A stretch of DNA of 64,000 bases from Octopus bimaculoides. Taxonomy: Eukaryota. Both the position numbers and the translations under genes were made by a program. The stretch spans positions 10,100,081 through 10,164,080 of the forward strand of contig NC_068984.1 in the NCBI RefSeq assembly GCF_001194135.2. Reading direction: 5' to 3'. Below, piece after piece: positions 11,521 to 22,936 of this stretch (position 1 is its first letter; the number at the start of each line of letters is the position of its first letter). The notes below the pieces were generated by a model. It was not told the origin of the DNA and made no database searches. It saw only the letters and a list, made by a program, of their open reading frames with translations.

Positions 11521-12329
11521 TATATAGTCAAAAGCAGGTACATTCAGCCCTGATCGAAAAAAGAGCATTTTAGTCATCATGATCCCATCACTTGTTTTTA
11601 CAGGGAATGGACAACATTAACTTATATGTTCTTTTTCTTATAAAAAACACAAGACAAAGTATGAGTTTATACATATTTGGTTGCTATTTCTAGCAACCAC
11701 ATACAAGTTCCTTTGCACTCTATGAAGTTGAAATCTTTTGGTCATGATCCAGACTCATTTCAAACTCAGCTATCAATTCTGAAAGTATAGATATTGAACA
11801 TCATCATCATCAGTAACTATTACTAACTGTTGTCACCATCGCAAACAAACACAGAATAATTAAACACTAGAATCTAAGGATAAGAAACAATTCTCAAAGG
11901 AATATGATTTGAGAATTTCATTTTGTACATCAATGACTATTCCTGCAGGAAAATAGTCCCAGGAGAGAATTATCCTCAAAAACAATTTGTGGAAATATAC
12001 CATTGGGTTTTGAAGACCAGCAACAGATCATAGGATGCATGCATTTCTGTGTCATTATGCTTTGTCAGTTATGAATACAGAATTAATGTTTCACAGCTCT
12101 TATAAGGACAAATGGTACATTTGCTGATGTGTGCAAAGCTTGGACAAGCGAGAAACACATGCGTCCTTTGATCTGACAATGTCATTCATAACCCAATGTT
12201 ATTTTCAAACATTGTCAATGTAAACGAAGGCACATGGCTCAATGGTTTGAACATCTGGCTCACAATCATGAGATAGTGAGTTCAATTCTTGGGCTGGGCT
12301 CTGTGTTGTATTCTTGAGCAAGATACTTT

Positions 12330-12672
12330 ATTTATTTACATTATTTACATTATATACATTTGACGGATATTTGTCCTCATCTTGTTTGTTGTTAACACAA
12401 CATTTCGGCTGATATACCCTCCAGCCTTCATCAGGTGTCTTGGAGAAATTTCGAACCTTGGTTCTCCTTTCTAAGGTATTTTTCGATGTTATAATAATAA
12501 TAATTATTATTATCCAGATCACTGCTTGGAATTGAACTCGGAATCTTGGGGTTAGTAGCCCGCGCTCTTAATCACTACAGCTATCATCCATTGACAACAA
12601 ACAAGATGAGGACAAATATCCGTCAAATGTAAATAATGTACATAATTCCTCATCTCTTAAATATAGAACTGT
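12330..12672 (-). mobile_element. Non-autonomous element: tRNA-like head + (TAA)n + hammerhead motif, with inverted terminal copy
   Basis: Minus strand: TAGCTGTAGTGATTAAGAGC..GAGTTCAATTCC (A/B boxes), hammerhead at 12439-12394, perfect 38-bp inverted repeat 12355-12392 / 12594-12631. Confidence 0.8.
12394..12439 (-). ncRNA. Minimal type I hammerhead ribozyme motif (Penelope-type)
   Basis: GACAC-CTGATGA-A-GGCTG(GAGGGTATAT)CAGCC-GAAA-TG-T-T-GTGTT: helix I GACAC/GTGTT, helix II 5 bp, core intact, helix III reduced to A-(TG)-T. Confidence 0.65.
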
Positions 12673-13039
12673 ATTTATTGTTGTTCCAGTTCACTCAGCT
12701 GTAGAAAACAAGTTGTGACATCAGTGGTGCTAAGCTATATTGATCTTTGTCTTCCTCTTGGATAACATCAGTGATGTGGAGAGAGGAGGCTGGTATGCAT
12801 AGGCGACTGCTAGTCTTCTATACACAACATTGCCTGGATTTGTGCCTTGGAGGGGAACATTCTAGACACAAACCCATGGTCATTCATGACCGAAGGGGGT
12901 CTTTACCCATACCCTGTCTATGAGAAGCTATAGATTATTCCCCACAGTGAAAACTCTTCCTATGTCCAAGTGTACACCAGCATGTTAAATACAATTGTAC
13001 AAGCATGTATTTTATTTACCACAGCTTCTCTGTGTGCAT

Positions 13040-13082
<43 letters not shown>

Positions 13083-13621
13083 GTGAGAGAGAGAGTAAGA
13101 GAGGAATATGCTAAGCACAAATTGTAGTTAATGTCATTTGTTCCAATAGTTGCACATTTCATCACTGCATCCATTTGCATTTGTACAATGGTTTTTCAGA
13201 AGACTTTATTACATTATGTTAAACACAGAGAAATGCTTGTAGATGGATAAATGGCAAAGCTTTATATAAATATGTTGAGGGTGAAAGAGAAAGAGAGAAA
13301 AACACAAAAGAGTGAGAATGAGATGAGAGAGAGAGAGACTGTAGTGGGGAAGAGAAAAAAATAAAAAGGAAACAGAGGGAGAAAAAAATCTTCACTATTT
13401 TCCATGTTGGCATAGATTGGATGATTTGACAGGAATTGGCAAGACTAAGGAGCACAACAAGTTCCACAGTCCGTTTTGGCTTGGTTGGTTTTACACTTTA
13501 CAAAGTGTATTGAGTACTTTTTGCTTGACACCATCACCAGTGCTTTTTATGTGGCACCAGCACATTATAAATAAATAAATATATATATATATACATATAA
13601 AAATATATATTATATACATAT

Positions 13622-13900
13622 GTCATCATCATCATTTAATGTCCGTTGTCCATGCTGGCATGGGTTGGATGGTTTGACTAGGGGCTGCACCAGACTCCTG
13701 TCTGATTTGGCATGGTTTCTATGGCTGGGTGCCTTTCCTAATGCCAAGAGTGTAATGGGTGCTTTTATGTGCCACCAGCACAGGTGCCATCTGCAGGACA
13801 CCAATATCTGCCACAACTATGATTTCACTTGGTTTGAGAGGTCTTCTTCTTCTCAAGCATGTCATTTGTCATTGCCTCCGTGAGGCCCAACATTCAAAAG
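13622..13900 (-). mobile_element. RTE LINE 3'UTR
   Basis: (CAT)n TTTAATGTCCG..CCATGCTGGCATGGGTTGG..GTGCCACCAGCAC..TCTTCTCAAGCAT..GTGAGGCCCAAC. Confidence 0.85.
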
Positions 13901-14334
13901 GTGCTCGTTATGCAACACCAGCATGAGCCACATTGCTTCCATAATCATATCTCATTTATGTCATCATCATCATCATCATCATCCAGTGTTTTAAATCCGG
14001 GTCTTGTACCCTTTAACAGGCATGGGCAGATGTACCTCAATGCCATATCAACCGAGGTAGGCAGCTGCAGCCCACCCCAACCTTTGGGCTAGCTGGTGCC
14101 CATTCTCCTTTGCTATCATGAGGCTTTTTTGGAGCTGGATTTTCTACAGGGAGCATGCCCTTGCTTACCCCCAATCTCACTTTCTAGACATGAGTGTTCC
14201 CGAGACTAAGGCCTCTACCACGATTTTTAAGAAATGTGGTGGAAAACTAGCTCACAAAGGCAGGGACACTACTCCCTGAGACCCCTTTCAGAGCCCTCCT
14301 TACCTATGTATGTTTATATATTTAATCATATATC

Positions 14335-14662
14335 ATTGGGCCTCACTGAGGCGAAGTGGCTGAGTTCCTTTCGAGTGAAGGGCTTCATGGAGGCAATGAC
14401 CAAGATTTTTGGCATTATGTTATGCTTGAGAAGAAGACCCATCACAGTCATAGAAGATACCAGTGTCACACAAATGGCACCTGTGCTGGTGGCACATAAA
14501 AGCACCTACTACACTCTCAGAGTGGTTGGCATTAGGAAGGGCATCCAGCCATAGAAAACCATGCCAAATCAGACCAGAGTCCGGTGCAGCCTTCCAGCAT
14601 ACCAGTCCAGTCAAACTGTCCAGCCATGCCAGCACGGACAGCGGACGTTAACCAATGATGAT
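14335..14662 (+). mobile_element. RTE LINE 3' end
   Basis: Same module as 38-435, ending GGACGTTAACCAATGATGAT at a gap. Confidence 0.85.
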
Positions 14663-14672
14663 NNNNNNNNNN

Positions 14673-14704
<32 letters not shown>

Positions 14705-15327
14705 TATATATTATATATATATATATATATATATTATATACATTGTATATATATTATTATATTAATAATATAATTAATATATATATGCATATATACATAC
14801 ATATATGTACATAGTTACATGTATATGTATATGCGGCCCAGGATGTCACAGAACATAAACAACATGAAATACGAAATACAAATACATGGAATATGAACTT
14901 TTTTTTGAACAACGAAAGAAACAAATGGAAAACAAGACAAGCAACATAAAGAACGACCTTTCATCAGTTGTTGGTTGTTTTTCTATTCTGTATTTTGAGT
15001 ATATTGTATAATCACTCTTGGAATGGTGTACAATAACAGGAATTACAATTCTTGTAACACACACACACAATTCCAAAGCTGAGTACAGAATATAGGCCAT
15101 TCTCAGAACATTTCTTTGTCACTGGCTCTGCAACAAATAGAGCTTAGTATAGAATTTAATAAAAATCAATGACAAATGAAGGCATTAGTTTTTATTCCTC
15201 AAACCAGAAGCTCTCATCTGTGTGTGTGCGTGCGTGCATGCGTGTGTGTAAACAGTCTGATATTTAATTCAAAGCATGATATTCTTATGGCCTAGACACC
15301 ATAGATATTTGAAGATTTTACATCATA

Positions 15328-15600
15328 AGCACAGGAGTGGCTGTGTGGATAGGCGCAGGAGTGGCTGTGTGGTAAGTAGCTTGCTTACCAACCACATGGT
15401 TCCGGGTTCAGTCCCACTGCGTGGCACCTTGGGCAAGTGTCTTCTACTATAGCTTCGGACCGACCAAAGCCTTGTGAGTGGATTTGGTAGATGGAAACTG
15501 AAAGAAGCCCATCGTATATATATATGTATGTGTGTGTATATGTTTGTGTGTGTGTGTTTGTCACCCCAACATCGCTTGACAACCGATGCTGGTGTGTTTA
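15328..15600 (+). mobile_element. SINE family A, 3'-truncated, with a duplicated 5' head segment
   Basis: GCACAGGAGTGGCTGTGTGG and GCGCAGGAGTGGCTGTGTGG in tandem, followed by the standard body. Confidence 0.9.
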
Positions 15601-15631
15601 CAATATATATATACACACACACACCCACATA

Positions 15632-16095
15632 CGTAGTCCTATGGAGAAGGAATTGCTGAACTTGTCGTAAATATACTTTACAACGTAATCCATGATACAC
15701 GTAGTCTGAAATACGAGATAAGTCATAACTTGAATCTCTTTGGTCGTTGGTTTTCTCCATCGGGACCCGACCTGGGCAATATCATAATCATCATCTCCAA
15801 CAATAACAAAATGCGAGAATTCTTACGTATCTAGGAACGTGCATCTCTCTCTCTCTCTCTCTGACACACGCGGTTTATTATTTAAGCTTACGTCGATTCC
15901 TCTGTAGTGTTGTTTTGCATTTATAATAAAATAAATACATACAAATCATAAAAATAATAAAATATATACATACAGTACAACGGTCAAAGTGATTCAAGTT
16001 ATGACCTATCTTGTATTTCCGGTTGCATGTATCATGGACTAGTCTGTCCAATGTATCTACGACAGGTTCAGCAATTCCCTCTTCATAGGACAACG
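15632..16095. repeat. Diverged long inverted repeat (about 118-bp arms)
   Basis: 15632-15749 CGTAGTCCTATGGAGAAGGAATTGCTGAAC.. vs reverse complement of 15978-16095 CGTTGTCCTATGAAGAGGGAATTGCTGAAC.. Confidence 0.85.
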
Positions 16096-16119
16096 TGTGT
16101 GTGTGTGTGTGTATGTGTG

Positions 16120-16152
<33 letters not shown>

Positions 16153-16469
16153 CTTTCTGATTTGGCGGACACCACTTGTTTTCTTAACGAAACACTTTCA
16201 AACTTGGGACACTGGTAGAATGTGTCATATAAAACATCTTTTACTCTTAGTGTTGTTGAGAAAAGTAAGACAAAATATACAAGTATACGAAGTTTTAAAG
16301 TGTTTCGGTAGAAAACACACNNNNNNNNNNNNNNNNNNNNNNNNNNNNNNNNNNNNNNNNNNNNNNNNNNNNNNNNNNNNNNNNNNNNNNNNNNNNNNNN
16401 NNNNNNNNNNNNNNNNNNNNNNNNNNNNNNNNNNNNNNNNNNNNNNNNNNNNNNNNNNNTTGTTGTTGG

Positions 16470-16636
16470 CGATAACTTCGATACGATGATACCCAAAAAT
16501 TAGGTAACGGATGGTGGAGAAATCCTCCGGTAAAAATATTGGTTTTGCTCATGCAATGTGTTTTCTACTTCACGGATTTTCACCTATCGCGGGGAGGGGG
16601 AGGAACGTAACACTCGCGATAGTCGAGGGATTACTG
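16470..16636. mobile_element. pogo/Tigger-like DNA element end
   Basis: Terminates CGCGATAGTCGAGGGATTACTG|TA (reverse complement CAGTAATCCCTCGACTATCGCG) with TA; other end not seen (gap). Confidence 0.6.
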
Positions 16637-17397
16637 TACACATACTCTAGACCAGAGGTTCTCAACAATTTTTTACTTATGGACCCCTTTGATAACTATT
16701 TTATTCTGCTGAACCCCCGTAACCATTCAAATTAGTTTTATAGGAACTTCTTTCAAAATTCCTATTTTGTTTTACACACATTCACTTGTGTAGGTCGAAT
16801 TATGTAAAATGGTGGAGAAAGAAACCCAGCTGTTTCTTGTAATAAATACATCTAAAGAAATATGTTTTTCAGGGGCTTTTAAAACACTATTATGGATCCT
16901 TAATTTACTATTTTCGGTAAATTTTGATATTAACACCCGCACGATTTTCACTAAGAAAAAAAAATTACGGAAGACTACCAAGAGGACGTGAAGATGAAAT
17001 GGTTGTACTTTGCCCGGGAGTTCCAAGACTGGGATAGTATAGCCCTTTTCCTTTAAGTTAAGACGATTTGAAGTGGACTCCAGTACTCTATTCCAGTCTT
17101 GGAGCTCCCGGTCGAAGTACAGCCATTTCATCTCCAGGGAGCTGCGCCAGCAAAGAACTGCTACTTAGTTTTCGGATGAGTAAACTGGAGTAACGTGATC
17201 TAACCCAAATTGTAGAGAAGAGTATTGATTCAATTGATAGAGTATAACTTGATTGTTTCACCATGTTAACTTCTCTCAAGAGTTTTTTTAAAATGTCAAG
17301 CTGGAATTCTCAATTAAAACCACACTGAGCAACTTCGTTCTGACTATAACACATGCTACTTTTAGTTAACAATAGACAAAAAAAAAAATTAATAAAT

Positions 17398-17671
17398 GGC
17401 GATCTTTCGGTACTAGATCCCATAACTTCCGGTCGTTGTGCGCACGCATACTGATTATATTATCGTATAGTGCGTTTATGTTTTTAAATGACTTGAAAAT
17501 ATGAAAAGACAACATTAAATAGAAAAAAAAAAATGAATGGCCCACGAAACTCAAACCTTCTCCCCTCAGATTCATACAGTTCTCAAACTTTAAACACACT
17601 ACACGATAATGTAATCAATATGTGTGCGCACAACGACCGGAAGATATGGGATCTAGTACCGAAAGATCGCC
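17398..17671. mobile_element. Foldback MITE with about 85-bp TIRs
   Basis: GGCGATCTTTCGGTACTAGATCCCATAACTTCCGGTCGTTGTGCGCAC vs its reverse complement at the right end, 1 mismatch in about 48 bp, then a degenerate extension. Confidence 0.85.
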
Positions 17672-18244
17672 CTTCGCGTAACAAGCAAGTGAGCATCATA
17701 GGGACGAAGATAATTAATTAATACGAGAGTGTCCCTAGTAAGGAGAACATTAGAACAATCTACTCTCGGGGATCTCAAATAAGAAGTTCAGTTTGAAATT
17801 CTGAGAACGTTACTGAATATTAAAGACATCTGAAAAAAAGCCAGATGGTATAAAATTCAAAACATTGTGACCATAATAACTAAGATTAAAGATACCGAAT
17901 ACAAAGGCATAGAAACGGTTTATCACAAAAACAAAATGCCTTTGAAAAGTTGGCTTTCTTAATGAAATGGAAACCAAATTTGTTGAGACAGTACTTATAT
18001 AGACTAGGGATTAGCAAAGTGATCAATATTGCCCTCCCGTCCTCGTCATCACCACCATCACAAGGGCCAATGTGATTATCCAAAGGGGTCGGTTAACTCC
18101 TGAAACAATTTTGAGCATTAAGGGAGCTGAGTTGTTAGCAAATTCTGTGTGTGTGTGTGTGTGTGTTTTAAACTTAAACCCTGGAAACGTCGGTCAGATA
18201 TCTGACCGAACCACAAAGATACACACGATCGGTCTATTAAGCAA

Positions 18245-18335
18245 CCAATCAGCGTGAAGCTATCGCGCGATTCAATCTTCTAGAATCTTCTTCTTGTGCC
18301 CTATAAAAGGCTGCTGCTTTTGGCGGTAATTCATT
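18245..18335 (+). promoter_or_regulatory. Candidate heat-inducible Pol II core promoter (CCAAT, HSE, TATA, Inr)
   Basis: CCAAT 18245-18249; cTTCt-aGAAt-cTTCt 18277-18291; TATAAAAG 18302-18309; TCATT with A at 18333, 31 nt from the TATA T. Confidence 0.55.
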
Positions 18336-18984
18336 TAAGAATGCTGAGGTATCTGAGCAACATGTCTCCATTCTTGCCACACCAGACGACACAGCCAGAC
18401 AACCCAGGAAGACGGTTAAGAATGGCGTAGATAGATGACAGGAACCTCCGTCGCCACGCATATAGAACAACTGTTCCCAGTTATGATTGGCAAGCCGCAT
18501 GTTGCCCTATCAATAGTTGTTGTAAACGCCAAACAGTATCACTTTTCCAGTATTGCTGTTGTTATCTGCAAAAGGCCAACGCAGATTTGTCTTCGCGTGC
18601 GATAAGATCTATTAAATGTTTGTGTCTGTTGTTCAATTATTTCTACACGCAATCCAAAAAACAAAATTTTCTTCATCAACTCAACCAGTCGCCACCATAG
18701 CGCAACCAAAATAAAACCCAAGCGATAAATCTATCTTAAATACAATATAAAAATTAAAAAAATACCTCAGCAGACATCACATCATTGGTACAGATCTAGC
18801 AAAACATGCAATGCCAATTAGCCGATTGGCAAAGCTAATAAACGATAAGCGGATATTTTTCTTGAAGACATCATAATAAAGATGTCCAATACTTGTACGC
18901 ATTTATTGTCCATTTACAATAGAATGGTTTCATTTTTCTGATAATTTTGAATTTTTTCTTCGTTTTAAAAAATTGAACATTATA

Positions 18985-19271
18985 ATGGTAACCCCCGATA
19001 GCAAGAAGTGGCGGCAGGATTTACTAGAGTATTTGAAATTTGGATTTATTCCCTCGTTGGTCAATAAAGCATTACATATTTACCTGTTATGTGAAAAAAA
19101 CTTTCTGTATTTTCATTAAATTTGTTTAAATATTTCTCATTAAAAAGCGGTAATGACACAAGTGAATGAAGGAATTATTGTTTTGAAATCAAGAAACTTT
19201 ACTAATTACACTTATTAATTCTATTCTAGAAATTTACATGATGGGTGTAAGAAGAAATTTGCCAAGCCCTG
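18985..19271 (+). mobile_element. Buster/Charlie-type hAT relic: transposase N-terminal BED-finger fragment + TIR-like end
   Basis: MVTPDSKKWRQDLLEYLKFGFIPSLVNKALHIYLLCEKNF resembles Buster-type KK.RQYS.EYLKFGF....P.CL.C; ends GCCAAGCCCTG. Confidence 0.65.
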
Positions 19272-19362
19272 ATACAGAAAATACAACGAAACAGAAATAC
19301 AATTCCGTTATCACATGTTAAAACTGATCGGATGTCATCATCTTCGAACTTAGCAATTCATT

Positions 19363-19570
19363 TGGTTATCGGAAATTTTGCCGTAGGAAAATTCGCCGTG
19401 AGAAATTTCATTTCAAATGACCTGATCACGTTTTTTAGTGTTTGACGTTGTTGAATAAAGAATTGCCTTTTATCATTCTTCTTTTATTACTATTTCTAAA
19501 AAGTGCTGATATAATAAGCTTTATCGTTGTCGATATGACAAATTTGTCTTTCGGTGAATTTTCCGAGCAC
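19363..19570. mobile_element. MITE with repeated GGAAAATTCGCCG subterminal motif
   Basis: TCGGAAATTTTGCCGTAGGAAAATTCGCCGT ... CGGTGAATTTTCCGA inverted. Confidence 0.6.
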
Positions 19571-19968
19571 AAATCTATTTATAGGAACCACTTACCATTA
19601 GTGAGTCTATTAATTTAGGTGAAAATTAATTATTGCACACAAAATCAAAAATATGCAGTGTGGATCTCAATTAAATGTCCACAGAATCTCTATCGCAATT
19701 TTTACACCAAAGAGCAACATGAAAAAGAAACAAAACAAAAAACGAAAATCTGATCAAATTGAAAACATAAAATATAATTTATTTTCAATTACCTACATAC
19801 AACAGACCAGATTTTTTTTGCATACATAAACCTAAACATGTGCAAATGTGCTTTGATGCATACGCAGATGCACATGTAGTCGTACGTATGCACATGTGCT
19901 TGCATACATATGTACATACTCATGCACTGTTACACACAAATATATATATATACGCATATGTAATTCTA

Positions 19969-20095
19969 CAGGGTGTCCACAAAGTCTGGGTACATGCCGA
20001 TTAAAACATACTTTAAGAAATTATTATTTCTTATATTTAATTGTTTATGTTATGATTTTATTTATTCCCTGTACCCAGACTTTGTGGACACCCTG
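19969..20095. mobile_element. Tc1/mariner-type MITE, 127 bp
   Basis: TA|CAGGGTGTCCACAAAGTCTGGGTACA ... TGTACCCAGACTTTGTGGACACCCTG|TA: perfect 26-bp TIR with TA TSD. Confidence 0.95.
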
Positions 20096-20671
20096 TAGAT
20101 ATGCATGTGTGATTACTCTTGCGTACATGTGGGCCTGGATACCACCCGGGCAGCGGTTGCACTATATACACACACATACACGATTTTTTTTTTTTTTTTT
20201 TTTTGATTAGAAAATTTAAGAGACAATCTGGGCCTTTCTAGACCGAGGTACAGAGTTAACTGGGGGAAATTAATACGATTGATCAGTCTGAACGTTAGGT
20301 TAATTGCTAGAGTGACGGAAAATTCAGAGAAATGATGTTCCAGAGGTTTCTTTTTTTTTTTTTTTTTCCTTTTGAATAGGAATTTTTTGAAAACAGTGCA
20401 TCATGTTAGACGGAAGAAAAGCAGTGGTATCGACAAGGTTTAGGTGGAATAGTGACTGAAGTGATAGAATGAATAGTCTCACTGTCTCATATTTTTCTGT
20501 GTACGTGTGTGTGCGTGTACAGGGAAATCTGAATAACAGTGTACAACGCATCAGACAAGCACGTTAAATATACATTTATATTGAGTACCTTTTCTTACTC
20601 ATTTGTATTGAGTACCTTTTCTCATGTTCGTCACTAAAATAAACGTGTACAAATACACATTTACACACACA

Positions 20672-21878
20672 CATCGGGCTGGCCATGGCATCCCTTGTGC
20701 ATGGGCACTCATTAGATACTTGACACTAACGCAGTTCGACGCAAATTTGTGACGAAACAGATTGTATTTTGCGTGCCTGGGATCATACTGAACATGAAGA
20801 ACCAAAACGGTGACCATTATCGACACCACGTGTTTTTTTTATGCAAAAAGAAAAGGGCAAGAATGCGATCGAAACCTGCAGGAAGATATGAGCTGTGTAC
20901 AGAGAAGATGCTATTACGGAACGTGTGTGCCATAAGTGGTCTTCAAGACATCGATCAAGAAATTTTTCGGTTCAAGAAGCATCTCGCTCAGGCCTGCCAC
21001 ATGAGATTAACAGCAACACCAAACCTCATTATACGACCAGGATGATTGCAAATATTCCCCAAATATCCAAATTGAATGTTATAAACTATCTGCATAAAGT
21101 TGGTTGTCAGCAGGCTCAATGTTTGGGTCCAACAGTAGTTGAATGAATCTAACTTCGCCCAACGCATTTCCATCTGCGATTCGTTGCAGAAACATAAAAA
21201 AAAAAAAAAAACGATCCTATTTTGAAGAGAATGATGACAGGGGAGGGGGCGAAAATGGATCGTCTGCATGAATGTGAAGCGCTAGCGATCATAGAGTAAG
21301 CGCGGTGAAGTGCCAAAAACAACCTCCAATGCAGGGTTTCGCCCAAAGGTCACGCTTTCAATTTGATGGGATCGGAAGGGTGTTGTCTATTACAAGCTTC
21401 TTCCAACGGATAGGATCATCTATTCGGGTATGTATTGTGACCAGCTGGACAAATTAAACACAGCCATCCACCAGAAGTGCCCAGCACTTGCTAATATTTA
21501 GGGCATTGTCTTTCATCACGACAATGCCAGGCTGTATACTTCTTTGCAGACGCGGCAGAAGTTACTGGGGCTTGACTGGGACGTTTCGCTGTACCCTCCA
21601 TATTCGCCCGACCTTGCGCCTTCAGATTTCTGTCTGTTTTGGTCTCTTCAAATTTAATTGAATGGACAGACCTACACCTCTAAAGAGGATTTAACAATTT
21701 TTCGCCGGTAAAGACAGGAAATTCTTTGAGCAGGGGATAATGGAGCTGTCCACAAAATGGCAGATGATACTGGAACGAAATGACTATTATATCATTGATT
21801 GAATATATCGCTTAGTGCTTAAAACGTGTTTCTTATTTCCGCTTAAAAAACCGAACGGACTTTTTGGTCAACCCAATA
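20672..21878 (+). mobile_element. Decayed near-full-length mariner transposon
   Basis: Right TIR AAAAAACCGAACGGACTTTTTGGTCAACCCAATA; degenerate left TIR CATCGGGCTGGCCA; transposase relic inside. Confidence 0.9.
20794..21802 (+). pseudogene. mariner (DD34D, mellifera-like) transposase pseudogene
   Basis: MKNQNGDHYRH..KGKNA..AVYREDAITER..DPILKRMMTG..KWIV..WDRKGVVY..GIVFHHDNAR..QKLLGLDWDV..PPYSPDLAPSDF; several stops and frameshifts. Confidence 0.92.
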
Positions 21879-22005
21879 TATACACGATATGTAATATATG
21901 TTCACGTGCTCAGCTATTCTAGAAACAGCTAACTACTTTCCACTCAGTTTAAATTATAAATTAAATGCTCTAAACCACATATTTTGGTCGATCATTCTAT
22001 TTCTG

Positions 22006-22042
<37 letters not shown>

Positions 22043-22306
22043 CAGTGAACAGGTCGCTTTCTCAAAGCGACGAAAATATTTTGACAAATTAAATTTAAAT
22101 GTTGAAGTGAATCTAACGGTTTTTGTGTGTTATTTTAAATGGCTTATAAACACCTTCCACGCTGCAATTGTTTTCGTTCCAGCACACGATCTCAGATCAG
22201 GTCACTTGCTATGCAAGTACATCTCCGTAATATATATATATACGTAAATATCAAACAACGAGGAATGCTCAACGCAGCACTGGTGGATAAAGTTTATTTA
22301 CTAATA

Positions 22307-22936
22307 GACAGTCTTGGACGCGTGTTTCTGGCTCAATAACCTTCATCTGTGACTTAATAGCCTTCATCGGTATATATGTATGTGCATATATGTGTGTGTT
22401 TGTGTGTATTTATGCATATATGTGTGTTTATATGTACAGTTTATAAACGTGTCCATCCTACTCAATACGCGCAATGAGTTCTTATTGGATTTCTGATCTT
22501 CCCAGCTCCATACGAGGCATAGTACACACACACACACACACACACACGCACATACACACTTTGTTTGTGTATTAAGGCTACCATTGGTTTCATGTGAAGG
22601 AAATTCTAAACAATTTTTTAATGTGATTGGCTTGAAAAATGTGATCGGCATGAAACTAATGGTAGCCATAATACACAAACAATGTGTTGTGTGTGTGTGT
22701 GTGTGTGTGTGCGTGCGTGTGTAATATGCCTCGTGTGGAGCCGGGAAGATCAGAAATCCAATAACTCATTGCATGTATTAGGTAGGACTGACACGTTTAT
22801 AAACTATACATACAAACACACACATATATGCATAAATACACACAAACACACATATATGCACATACATATATACTGATGAAGTCTATTAAGCCACAGATGA
22901 AGGCTATTGAGCCAGAAACACGTGTCCAAGACTGTC
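22307..22936. repeat. Long inverted repeat (about 240-bp arms, about 130-bp spacer) with hammerhead-like motifs at the outer ends
   Basis: GACAGTCTTGGACGCGTGTTTCTGGCTCAATAACCTTCATC.. mirrors ..GATGAAGGCTATTGAGCCAGAAACACGTGTCCAAGACTGTC, including the internal (TG)/(CA) tracts. Confidence 0.92.

Larger units (their letters stand above)
12228..12910 (+). mobile_element. tRNA SINE (host), split by an insertion at 12330-12672
   Basis: Head GGCACATGGCTCAATGGTT..GTGAGTTCAATTC..TTCTTGAGCAAGATACTTTA resumes as TTTATTGTTGTTCCAGTTCACTCAGCTGTAG at 12673. Confidence 0.75.
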
